In this document: piece by piece, positions 50,208 to 61,746 of the stretch | How the letters are laid out: each line of letters opens with the position of its first letter | How positions within the stretch are numbered: position 1 is the stretch's first letter | DNA from: Eremomyces bilateralis CBS 781.70 | Lineage: Eukaryota | Reading direction: 5' to 3' (one strand) | Length of the DNA stretch: 64,000 bases | NCBI GenBank assembly: GCA_010015585.1 | Contig: ML975173.1 | The notes under the pieces: generated by a model | Database searches by the model: none | Told to the model about the DNA's origin: nothing | The model's input: only the letters and a program-made list of their open reading frames with translations | Program-made: the position numbers and the translations under genes

Positions 50208-51366
50208 CTTCGTTTGGCTTTGCGGGATATGTGTCTCACACGGTCAACAAACCGAGCTCTCGCAAATATGAACTGGGCGTGCCTGTATTCAATTGAGTCA
50301 TTCTTTCACTGTCTTGGGCAAGACGTGTATAAATCTCGTTTTGCACGGTCTACTGCGCCACCATCGCTGAACACCACGCGACCAGGACAAATGAAAGGCA
50401 AACACGAATCCAGCGTATCACTGGTCAAGGTCAGGTTCTCCTGTTTTGAACGGAGTGATTCTGGAACGTCGAACACTAGGAACGCCCCCAATCATCATCG
50501 AGTTGCAACAGGGCGCAGCCCAGCAACGTTGTGTTTTGACACAGCCACGAGGACCATGGTTTGTCATTCTTTATGTCGCACAACGAATTCACAGCAGCCA
50601 ACATCCGTAGCCTCAGGCAGCTGACCGTTATGGTTTCCCAATGATGGGTTTTGTTCAGCCGCTCATCAGGAAGAAGGAGGAAGGCAACGTCGACATCTCA
50701 ACTCTGTCCCATGGTCGCGTCCGAAGAGTCATAAAACCGGTACACCCCGACGACTCCATCTATTCCCAACTCTGGCATGATAATCCCGGTTGCCTACTTT
50801 CTAGCTGGGTACAATAAAACAAGGGGGAAATGAATGACGTACTATTCTCCAGCCTTGCCTCTGAGCATTTCTTCGACTCCTTGTCGTTACCCCGTCTTTC
50901 CCAGCCTTGCCATCCAAAACGGCCCTGTGGGAGGAAATTAATCGTCCTCAAGCATACCCCTAGGACATAGAGAACCTTCGATCGTTACCTGCTTTTGCCT
51001 CCTTTTGTCTTTCCAAAGATGTAGAGTTCCTCTTTTATGTTCCTTTTAGTTTAAGAAGTCGATACGATTCTCTGTCTTAGTAACCTGGAGCCTGGAGGTC
51101 AACGTCGAAAGTGAAGGACCATATATTTTTCGCTCCGGAGGCCCGGAAGGGTCACAAGTCAAAACCCAAAGATCCTGAACATCAATATCATAATCATTCA
51201 AATTTCCAGAAGCTAGCATCGAGCGAGTACTCCGTTGGAGAGGATCCTCGATCCCAATTTTCAACTGTAGGGCCACCCACCCCTCTGAATGCCAATGATT
51301 GGAGAACTACGGTCAGCCGTGGCTTCGGGCCGTGCAAGAATCGTCGGGTGCATGACCCAAGAAAAA

Positions 51367-51410
51367 GGGGATGATCTGGGGAGCCGGGGAGGGCTGGGGG
51401 TGGGGCAGGG
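51367..51410 (+). promoter_or_regulatory. G-tract cluster (G-quadruplex-forming) with four CreA-type SYGGRG motifs in a divergent promoter
   Basis: GGGG-ATGATCT-GGGG-AGCC-GGGG-A-GGG-CT-GGGGG-T-GGGG-CA-GGG. Confidence 0.45.
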
Positions 51411-52030
51411 ACCTACAAGCGCCCATGCCCCCATGTCCATGGACTCCACGCCGCAGGGTCTCGGTGAGGATCTTAGTCCTCATTTCTCAGAAATAGGCGA
51501 TGGGCGGATGGCTGCCGCATGCACCTCCACCACCATCATAACTAGACGCTACCTAGGTGCATCCAGCAGTCGAACGGTCGACACGGGGCGCCGAAGACTG
51601 TCTGGAAAGCTGTGAGTGAACTTTGTCAACCTCGATGTTACCTTTGCTGCCAATGTATTCGACCTTCTCCGCCCTTGATACCCAGCCTCAATCTTGTGCT
51701 CAATCCAACATTCCAAATCGAGCCTTCAGCCTTTTTCGAAGGACGACGCGCAAACAACTTTGCTTCCGACCCGTTGACCTTCTTGGTTCGACAGCCTGCG
51801 GTCTCCCCTTTCAGACATTCGGAGCTGCTGAGCCAGTCCGATTTCGCTATTGTTCCTCCTAGGTGGAAACGCCCCGTGACTCGGTCCAAGTGTATTGACG
51901 TGTCGAGAACTCTATTGAGGGCGGACTCGGCAGTATAAAACCCACGGAAGACTGCTCCCCCACCTCGAAGACGCACCTGAGCAGTCTTCCATGTTTTCCC
52001 ATTGCCATCAAGATTGAAGAAGAAGAACAC

Positions 52031-54542
52031 ATGCAGCAAGAACATGACCGGACACCACATGATACAATGGACCAGCAGCCTTCCGCCCCGTCAACGCCGG
52101 GACGAGATATTTCGCTCTCGAGACGACCGTCGAACTCTTGTAGTTCCACGTTTCCAGCTCGTGCGCAGCAGGCCATATCAGACTCGAATCCTTACTCCCC
52201 TTGGTCACGGAAATCGATATTATGCTTAGGTATGTGGTTGACGGCCCTGTCGATCCTGTTCTAGAGAGGCCCCTGCTAATAGGTATGCAGACGGAGGTGG
52301 CATGAAGGGGTACTCGACGCTACTCATCCTAAAGCGCCTATGCGTCATAATCGAAGAAATCGAGACGGGACGACGTCCGAGAATCAACGGCAAAGATTAC
52401 TTTGAGCTCAACACCAGCAGCGCCGATTACCCTTGGAACTGCGACACATTTGGAATACGACCGAAGCCTCATGCATTTGGTCCCAACGACATCATTCGGA
52501 AAGAGACGCGGGGGCAGATTGCAGAATCCGTAAAGCGGACATTCGACCCCGCAGACGGCGATCGGACAGGCGACTTTCTTCTACGACACTACTTCGATTA
52601 TACGGCCGGGACCAGTACCGGGGGGCTAAGCGCCATACTGCTGAGCAGAATGGGCATGTCAATTGATATGGCCCTTGCCCAGTACGATGTCATAGGGAAC
52701 TCCGTATTCGGTCGTCCACGCCTCCTCAACCGTGCTTCTAAGGCCATGGATTTTATCCAGTCCAAATATTCAGCGAAGCAGATGGAGGATGCGATCTGCC
52801 AGGTGATTGCGAACGGGCTCAAGACTGAACTCAGCCATCGGAAAATTCGTCCGGACGAAGCCCCTTTTCAGACCGACTCTCCTGGGTCCCGAACTATGGT
52901 GATTGCTTATGGACATGCGAAGAAGAAGAACGTGGCCAAGGAGTATCTTTTTAGGACCTACCTCCACAATTACCCGTCGCCAGCTCTGGATCGGCAGGCT
53001 CGACGAAAGCATCTGAACCCAGGTCTGGCGAATCCTCTCCCCTTGTATAAGGTCGCGCGAGCAACATCAGCAGCACCGAAATACTTCCCAAAAGTCGATA
53101 TCGGCGGCCGGTCATATCTCGACGGTGGGATGGTCGCCAATAATCCGTCTCGACTAGCACTCAAAGAAGTGGAACAAATGCACGAACAGTTACCGAAGCT
53201 CCTGCTTTCGCTTGGAACGGGGATGCCGGACGACTACGAACGGCTAGATCAAGACGCCCTTCTCCACGGCAGCTACATGATCCGGGGGTTCGGCGACACG
53301 TTAAAGGCAATTAGCATGCTGGTGACGCAAACCGAAAAGATCCACGACGATATGTCCGACTTGCTAGCGAACCCACGACAGCGCCCGGGAGGCGTCCATC
53401 GCCAGAAGACCGAGTACTTCCGCTTCAATGTGGTTGGCGACGCAGGCGAGATTCCTCTGGATGATTGGAGAGGCCGTAACGGCGAGGTTACGAAGGCTCG
53501 AATCCGAGGCAATGTCATGACGTACCTTTCCAACCAGAGTGTGCATGAAGAGCTCATCAAGTGCGCACAGATTCTGGTGGAGACCCGACGAGCTCGAGCA
53601 GAAACCGAGCGATGGGAAGCATTTGCTCACGAGTTTGCCTACTTCTGTCCAGAAAAGTCCTGCGAGAAAGCCAGCGCCTCCCGGATCTGGTTCACTCGCG
53701 ACGAACTCCGCGAACACGGAACTCAAGAGCACTACTACATTTCCAACATTCCCATTGCCAACCAGAAAGACTACCCGCATGCATGCCTCTTCGACAGTTG
53801 CCGTCATGCCGTGACCATTTTCAAAACCCTCGATGAGTTCCGCTCCCACCTCATGAGAGTTCATCGGATCGGCCGACCCATATTCAAAACGGTCGAGGAA
53901 ATGGAACGATGGCTTGACCACGGCCGGCGAACTAAGAAATGGGCAGTGGACCGCGCTGACTCGAACCCGCAGAAACTCAGTCAGAACGGCACCACTACTC
54001 CTGGCGCGACCGCAATGGAGGCCACAAGAGGCACGACGACCTATTTCCCAACCCGCAACAGCTCGAATGCCAGCAGCCGGCGCGGCCGCCAGCGCAACAT
54101 CCTCACCTCGATCACTTCGTTCCCCAACGGGCATCTCTCCGTCTCCACCCGTAAAGAAATGCGACAGGAACGCGCCTCAGACGGCGCCTTACCACCGCCC
54201 ACGTTCGCCTTCGACCATAGCGACGATGATCAAACCGTGGGGGGCGCGGAAAGGAGTGTCAGTCCGCGGCGGCCGTCAAGCGCACCCGAGGCAGAAGAGA
54301 TGAACGGGTGGTTGTCAAGGAACCACACAGCGCCGGAGCCGAGGCGGCCGCTCCTGGAGGGTGGCTCGGATCGGCAGAGCTCGGAAAGCTCGGGGAAGAG
54401 GAAGCTGGTGGGGTTGAGGAGTCCGTTCGTTTGGAAAGGAAAAGCAGGTGAGCAGGAGGGTGATCAGAAGGAGGGTGGGTCTCCGGATCGGGTGTCAACG
54501 ATGCCACATAATCCCGTGGTTGAGCGGTTGAAGCACAGTTGA
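52031..54542 (+). CDS. Patatin-like phospholipase with two C-terminal C2H2-like zinc fingers and a disordered tail, 2 exons
   Basis: ILCL|DGGG across intron 52230-52290; GTSTG; ATSAAP; DGG; LSLGTG; YFRFNV; CPEKSC...HGTQEH and CLFDSC...HLMRVH. Confidence 0.88.
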
Positions 54543-54934
54543 AGGGCGTCCTGGTTGTCATTTCGGTTTCATGATTGCGTTCAAGCGAGGATACCACAAC
54601 GGTAATGCAGCAAGGCTTTGTTTATTTCCTTCTGCTGACTTTAGCGATCATGCATTATATCTGCAGCATTGGCATATGGCATGGGACATTGGACATGGGA
54701 ATGGCGATATTTTGGAGATACGTACTTCTGTGCCTGTTGTATACAGTCATAGGTCACTGGGCACCGGAATAGCGATAAATTAGAGATATGCATGTCTGTA
54801 CCCGTTATATACACAGTCATGGGACATAGGTACAAAATCATGACCCGCTTCAGACACCATCGTGGTCCCGACCATCGCGAGAGCAAATCGCCTTATCCAA
54901 CCCATAGGACTCACCTCTAACTCGAAGGGTATTC

Positions 54935-56872
54935 TTACTCAGAGTCCTTGAACATACGAATAAACTCCCACATGCTCCTCAGCACAGCAACCCCTCCACC
55001 CTGCGTCTCCACCGTCCGTCCTCTTCCCCGATCATTCACATCCCAATCCAGCCGCCCGGCCATCGATCCATCCGCACTTCCCCTCGTCTGCTCCCCCTCA
55101 TTCCTCAAATCCATCGTCCCATCCGGTATCCTCCTCTCCTCTGACGTCCTCCGTTCCAGCTCTTCAGCCCCGTGCCCCTGTCCAACATACCACTTCGCGC
55201 CCCACCACATCCCAAATTTCCCATCCCGCCTCGTCGCCAGGGCCGCCCTCGCATTGCGCGCCACCCACGCCGCGTACGCCATGCAGCTCTGCCGATGCAG
55301 GCTCCTCACTTCAGGGTCGGCGGCAGCGGTCTTCCCCGGCGCAACGGCAGTCAGGGGAAGAGGCGCGCAGAAGAGCGTGAGGTGGTGGAAGAAGATGGAT
55401 TTGAATGTCTGGCCGTCTTGCGAGCAGGTGCCAGACGCGTCGCAGGCTTCTTCCAGGATGCCGGCGCGGCCGAGGCCGTGCCAGGGAGGGAGTGTGGAGG
55501 ATGTGTCGGGGTCTGGATTCAGGTATTGCTGGTTGCTGTCTGATCCTGGGCGGGAAGGCTCATCGGAATGGGAAGAGAGTCCACTAGACGTAGGACCGGT
55601 CCAACCAGTAGCTTTCATCACGTTGCGGACGAGGTGGTGGCCGTCTTCCAGGTAAGTTACGTTGCCAGTTGCCTCCCATAAGCCTCGGAGGCCGGACAAT
55701 ATTACTCCCTGGTTATAGGTATAGACCATTTCGTTGCGCTCGTCGCATTTGCCCGTGCCGATGGTTCCATCCTTACCATAGTCACGGATGTGGAAGCCAT
55801 CGGTGTAAAGTCCTGCCGCGTTCGTCATTTTGGAGTTTTTAAGCCAGTCGTAGGCCGTGATGGCAGCATCCCGAAACTTGGGGTCATATGGTCCAGAGGT
55901 TATGGCGTCTGCAGAGGCGGATTCCGAGCGGTTTGCCGGGTTCATAAGTGGAGAGGGGTTCTTATCGCCGGTGAAGTACAAATACATGCCGACGGACGCC
56001 GCCACGAAGAGCTCATTCGTGATGGCATTCTTATAAGGCGGGAAGGTGTTGGCCCACTTCATCCCTCCTCCACAAAGTTCCGTATCCCAGCCGGTTTCGC
56101 TCAGCTCGTAGAAGATCCTCGCGCGGTGGTTGAATGCGGGCTCGAACTGCTGCCCGTACCACGGAGTTCCGCCTTCACCAGGATCGTAATGTGACGTGGA
56201 ATGGAATTTGATGAAGCGCAAGGACTCGAGCCAGCCCAGGACGACCCAGAGCATATCGTCGTAGCCCTGGAACCGGAGCTCGAAATCATTTTGCCCGAAG
56301 TAAGACGCAATCGTTTGAGTAAAATACTTGTTGATCTCATTCTCGACCCGTTCCCCGTACAGAGAACGCTCGCCCACAGAAGGTGGAGGCAATATGTAAT
56401 CGAAGGAATTAGTCAAGGAGTAGAGGGAGGCTGACATATGGGTACCCAAAACCGCAGCCGTCCAGTCGATTGCAGCAGGCCAGAGACCCGCCCATAGCTC
56501 GAAGTAGTTATCCTGCATCGTCTCTAGTGCGTAATGCAACTCTTGGAGAGCATTCACGGGATCTCGGGAGCCCATTGGGTCGACCTTGGTGCTGAGCACG
56601 TAAGGAGGCCATGGTATAGAAGAAATCGTACGGCCTTCAGGACCAACACGCCTTGAAGGAATCGATTGGGGATCCGATGAAGATACGTAATCAAGGGGTC
56701 GTTCCGATTTTGAACCAATGGCATTAGAATATTCTCCGTTTCTCTTTTGATGGAGTCGGATCAATGCCGACGGTTCCCATTCCCTAAGTACATAAACGGA
56801 CAATATAAAGAAAATAGACAATATGAACAAGAAACTCTTCGCATGTAGCAGATAGCCGAATAACGATTTCAT
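54935..56872 (-). CDS. Glycoside hydrolase family 76 (alpha-1,6-mannanase-like), N-terminal membrane anchor
   Basis: AIDWTAAV, YDDMLW (DD catalytic pair), CGGGMKW, YKNAITNEL, YTYNQGV, QTFKSIF. Confidence 0.9.
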   Translation of the reverse strand: MKSLFGYLLHAKSFLFILSIFFILSVYVLREWEPSALIRLHQKRNGEYSNAIGSKSERPLDYVSSSDPQSIPSRRVGPEGRTISSIPWPPYVLSTKVDPMGSRDPVNALQELHYALETMQDNYFELWAGLWPAAIDWTAAVLGTHMSASLYSLTNSFDYILPPPSVGERSLYGERVENEINKYFTQTIASYFGQNDFELRFQGYDDMLWVVLGWLESLRFIKFHSTSHYDPGEGGTPWYGQQFEPAFNHRARIFYELSETGWDTELCGGGMKWANTFPPYKNAITNELFVAASVGMYLYFTGDKNPSPLMNPANRSESASADAITSGPYDPKFRDAAITAYDWLKNSKMTNAAGLYTDGFHIRDYGKDGTIGTGKCDERNEMVYTYNQGVILSGLRGLWEATGNVTYLEDGHHLVRNVMKATGWTGPTSSGLSSHSDEPSRPGSDSNQQYLNPDPDTSSTLPPWHGLGRAGILEEACDASGTCSQDGQTFKSIFFHHLTLFCAPLPLTAVAPGKTAAADPEVRSLHRQSCMAYAAWVARNARAALATRRDGKFGMWWGAKWYVGQGHGAEELERRTSEERRIPDGTMDLRNEGEQTRGSADGSMAGRLDWDVNDRGRGRTVETQGGGVAVLRSMWEFIRMFKDSE

Positions 56873-57745
56873 CTTGATTCACACGAAGACGGCAATGATG
56901 GGCTGTCCCTGGACTAAAGATGTGGTACGATATGTCTAGTATGGGCTATGGCATGTCCGCTCACGTTTCACGGCGTTGGAAATGCGGATGCCGGAGGCGA
57001 AAGACAGGGCGACCGGCACCATGACGGAAGCCAGTCGGAATGGAAGGACGAGAAGGCAGCAGCGGGCTTTTCATCCGCAGAAAGCAGCAGAGAGGTGGAG
57101 AGTATAAGGCAATGTTAGAAAGGAGATGAGGGCGATATTGCGGGGGAACAGCCTCCAGGGGAGCTGAAGGGGCGGGATGCCTTCATACCGGTTTGGGAAT
57201 TAATTACAGAGTATTTTTCTGCCCATCGACTAACTGGATTGTTCTTCATATTAGTGAAGGTTTAGTGGCTATTATATTTCACTAAGAAGTAAAAGCTGCA
57301 TACTAGGCACTAGCAGACTTTGAGATACAAGGTGGCTCCATATCGTCACTTTCGAATCTACAGTATTGTCCATGTCTTGACTGAAGCAACAGCATCCCAT
57401 TGTACGGATCAGATACTCGTCATCTGAATAAACACCCGCTCCTGACTGACATTTGCTTGCGCTTATTCCTCACTTCTCCTGACTCACTGGATGAATTCTG
57501 GTGTAACCGCCAGCGTTCGCCTTGTCGCCAATCAATCTTCCTTTCGTGGTATTGCTCGTCTGAGCCTCCATTTGACACAGCCTTCCACCCCGTCATCATA
57601 TTTCCAGCGCAACTATCTGCACAGATTGGTGTGGATTCCTCCTATTCGTCGACCCGGACCTGCAGACTTCCGCAAGTTACCCTGGCATTCGACCCTTCGA
57701 CAACCCTTTGAACCTCTCCAATCCTCTTCGAAAGCGACGTCAGCC

Positions 57746-60700
57746 ATGGATACCAACGGTGATAGCCGCTCCAAAAGAAAGCAGCCACCAACTCCGGTTA
57801 CCGAGCGACCTATGAAGCAGTTCAAACAAGGACTAGAAGGGACATATATGGATTCCGAAGGAGAGAATGGCCATGCCGCAAATGGATACCATGGCGAGCT
57901 GGTCAACCACCAGATGGAGGTGGATGAGCACAGTACCGGTGCAAAAGTCCCGGTCACGGCGGACACTGCGGAATGGCAGGCGACCATCGAGCAGGTCGTT
58001 AAAAGTGTAGTGTCAATACACTTTTGCCAAACACGATCATTCGACACCGATCCTGCAATTGCGAGCGAGGCTACCGGCTTCGTCGTGGATGCGGAGAGGG
58101 GATTGATCCTTACCAATAGAGTATGTTTCCAATCCAACCGTGGTGCTTCACAAATAACCAGCTACAGCATGTTGTTGGTGCTGGGCCATTCTGGGGATAT
58201 TGTATTTTCGACAACCATGAGGATGTAAGTGACTGCTCTGCCGTGGAACTTCGCTATGAACCGCACACTGATTCTTCGACATAGTGCGATGTCTACCCTG
58301 TATATCGTGACCCTGTTCATGACTTCGGTTTCCTTCGCTTCAATCCCAAAGCGCTGAAATACATGCAATTGTCGTCGCTCACCTTGCGACCTGACCATGC
58401 TCGTATGGTTTTCCTTACCCCCTTGAGATGTACAACCCTAACACAATGCAGGAGTTGGAGCTGAGATCCGAGTGGTGGGCAACGATGCTGGCGAAAAGCT
58501 GAGTATTTTATCAGGGGTAATCAGTCGATTAGACCGAAATGCTCCCGAATACGGGGAAGGCTACAGCGACTTTAGTACGATGCCCTTCTACATTTGGTCA
58601 TGAAGCCATGCTAAACTCAAGCAGACACGAATTACATCCAAGCTGCAGCGGCTGCCAGCGGCGGTAGTTCCGGAAGTCCTGTCGTCAACATCGACGGGCA
58701 TGCCATTGCCCTCCAAGCTGGCGGCCGTTCTGACGGTGCCGCAACCGACTATTTCCTGCCTCTCGACCGACCACTACGAGCTCTACAGTGCATACAGAGG
58801 GGCGAACATATTGAGCGAGGCACGATACAAACACAATGGATGCTAAGGCCGTTCGACGAATGCCGCCGATTAGGGCTATCACTCGAACGGGAAGCCGAGA
58901 TTCGCCTCAAATTCCCCAAGGAAACCGGGATGCTTGCTGCGGAGATCGTCCTTCCAGAGGGCCCGGCACATGACAAAATCCGAGAAGGTGATTTGCTCAT
59001 CAAAGTGAATAACGAATTGATAACGCAGTTCATCCCGCTGGATGCCATTTTGGACTCGCACGTTGGAGGGCAGGTCAAGATCTTGATCGAACGAGGCGGA
59101 AAGCCGATTGAGGTGGAAATTCCGGTCGAGGACCTGCACAGCATCACACCAGATCGTTATGTCACGGTTGCTGGCGCCTCCTTCCATGACATATCCTATC
59201 AGCAAGCCCGATTGTACGCGATCGCGACCAAGGATGTTGGTGTATACGTTTGCGAAGCCTCCGGTACTTTCAAGTTTGAGGGCTGCGAGTCGGGTTGGTT
59301 AATCCAGGACATTGACAATAAGGAGACCCCGAACCTGGACACTTTCATTGAGGTGATGAAGCAGATACCGGGTAAGTGACAATCATACCGTTATGTTGAC
59401 ATGATCCTAACTAACCATTCCAGACCGAGCACGGGTGACGGTCCACTACAAGCATGTCCGGGACCTACACTCATTACATGCCGGCATCCTTCTAATCGAT
59501 CGACATTGGTCGTCGAAGATGACATTGGCCACACGAAATGACAAGTCCGGACTATGGGATTTCACCGACATCGCAGACCCCCTGCCGGCAATGCCGCTCG
59601 TCCCCAAAGAAGGCAGTTTCGCTACCATGCCCAACTCCATGTTCGGGCATCTATCTGACATCGTCAAGAGCTTCGTCAAGGTATCTGTAACCATGCCGAT
59701 GAAGATTGATGGGTACCCCCGCAGCCGTAAATCCGGCCATGGCCTCGTCATCGACGCTGAACAAGGCCTGGTGGTCGTGTCTCGGGCCATCTTGCCATTC
59801 GATCTCTGCGACATCACGATCAACATTGCCGAGTCGATTGTGGTCTCCGGCAAGGTCGTATTCATGCATCCGCTGCAGAACTTTGCCGTCATCAAGTACG
59901 ATGCGTCCTTGGTGAAGGCTCCGGTTCGGTCTGCGAAGCTCTCAACTACCCGTGTCAACCAAGGCGAGAAGACCATCTTCTTCGGATATAACCAAAATTT
60001 CCGGCCCGTGTTTGCGAAGACCACCATCACCGATATCACGACCGTTGCGATTCCCGCCAGTCCCGCATGCCCACGCTACCGTGCGATTCACTTGGACGCC
60101 ATCACCGTCGATACCAATCTCGCGACGCAGTGCGGAAGCGGTGTGCTTCTATCGCAAGACGGCACCGTTCAGGCTCTATGGCTCAACTTCTTGGGAGAAC
60201 GATCGCACAGTGGAAAAGACGTTGAGTATCACTTGGGCATGGCGACGCCAACGATCCTGCCGGTTATCAACCAGATCATCCAAGGCACCATGCCGAAGTT
60301 ACGGATCCTCAATGTGGAGATGCAGACGATTCAGATGGATCAGGCGGATGTCATGGGAGTGCCAACGGAATGGCGTAACGCTGTTCGAGATGCCAACCCC
60401 GAACGTCATCAGCTCTTCATGATCCGGAAAGTGGACAGCGGCGAAAGCATGGGGCTGATCGAAGGGGACATCATCCTGACGCTCAACGAGAAGCTCATCA
60501 CGCGAGTGTCCGATCTGGATGTCCAGTACGACTGCGACACGCTCGACGCTGTCATCGTCCGGCGCGGAAAGATCGTGAACTGCAAAGTTGGCACCGTGCC
60601 CACCGAAGACGTCGAGACCGATCGGGTGGTCGTTTTCTGCGGTGCCATTTTGCAACGGCCGCACCACGCAGTCCGGCAGCAGATCAGCTCTCTGCATTCA

Positions 60701-61164
60701 CAGGTGTATATATCCAGTCGAGTAAGTTTCCATCTCATCGTTCCTACCGGCCTTCACATACTAATCTCCAGCAGCTACGCGGTTCTCCCGCCTACGCCTT
60801 CTGCCTCGCCGCCACCAACTTCATCATCGAAGTGAACGACGTCCCCACCCCCGATCTCGACTCCTTCCTCCACGAAGCGCTGAAGATCCCGGACAACGAA
60901 TACTTCCGGCTGCGCGTGAAAACATTCGACAACATCACGTGGACGGCGACGATGAAGAAGAACGAGCACTATTTCCCTACCATCGAGCTGCGGAAGGATC
61001 CCAGCAACCCGCTGGGTTGGGCGAAGACGGTACATGAGAGCGAGAGGGGCGGGGATAAACAGTTGCTCTCGACCGCAATGGATACGGAGAATGGGGCGGT
61101 CGAGGTGGATGAGTTGACGGGTCAGGCGGGCGAGGCAGCGCCCGCGGATGGCTCAGCCTCGTAA
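57746..61164 (+). CDS. NMA111: Pro-apoptotic HtrA-family serine protease with PDZ domains, about 7 exons
   Basis: [54 protein letters not shown] (catalytic Ser), [22 protein letters not shown]. Confidence 0.95.
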
Positions 61165-61746
61165 AGGACTCGAGACATGGGGTTTGGCGTTCGGCAATTT
61201 TTGTGCCACATACAGGAGTTGTGTGTATTTATAAACTGTACCGAAGGCCAGTCGTCCAGCTGCACCGATCCGGAAGATGGATCGATACATTTCGACTTGA
61301 TTTCGGGGACCAATTTTTGACAATAAAAGATTTGTAATGGTGCATCTTATGGGTTCCCCCTTCATGGTGAATATGGATCTGGGCACCAAACATTAGATTT
61401 CATCGGCGGACAACGTCAGCATGAAAAAGGGACATCATACAGCTGGAAAGGATCTCATTCTTTCTCCTATCTACAGCAGCGTTCTCAACCTTAGAACGCA
61501 ACCCGAGTGCCACGTATGGCTAGAAAACAGCGCCAGGATATTCCGCTCCCTATGACGCCGAAAACACCGTAATCGCAAAGGCGCATCGGGGGGTATGAAG
61601 CCGACCACTCCCGGCCGCTGCGCAACCCGACTCCGCAACTAGAAAACGAAACAGAACGCTCCACGAACGACGTCGGCGGCCCGGATTCCTGCCCTCCGTC
61701 CCTCCATCTGCGCATTGAATGGATCGGGGATCCGTCGACCGCCTCC

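Noticed and set aside
50076..50624. 182-aa plus-strand ORF
   Set aside because: No recognisable motifs; it partly overlaps the better-supported spliced minus-strand gene
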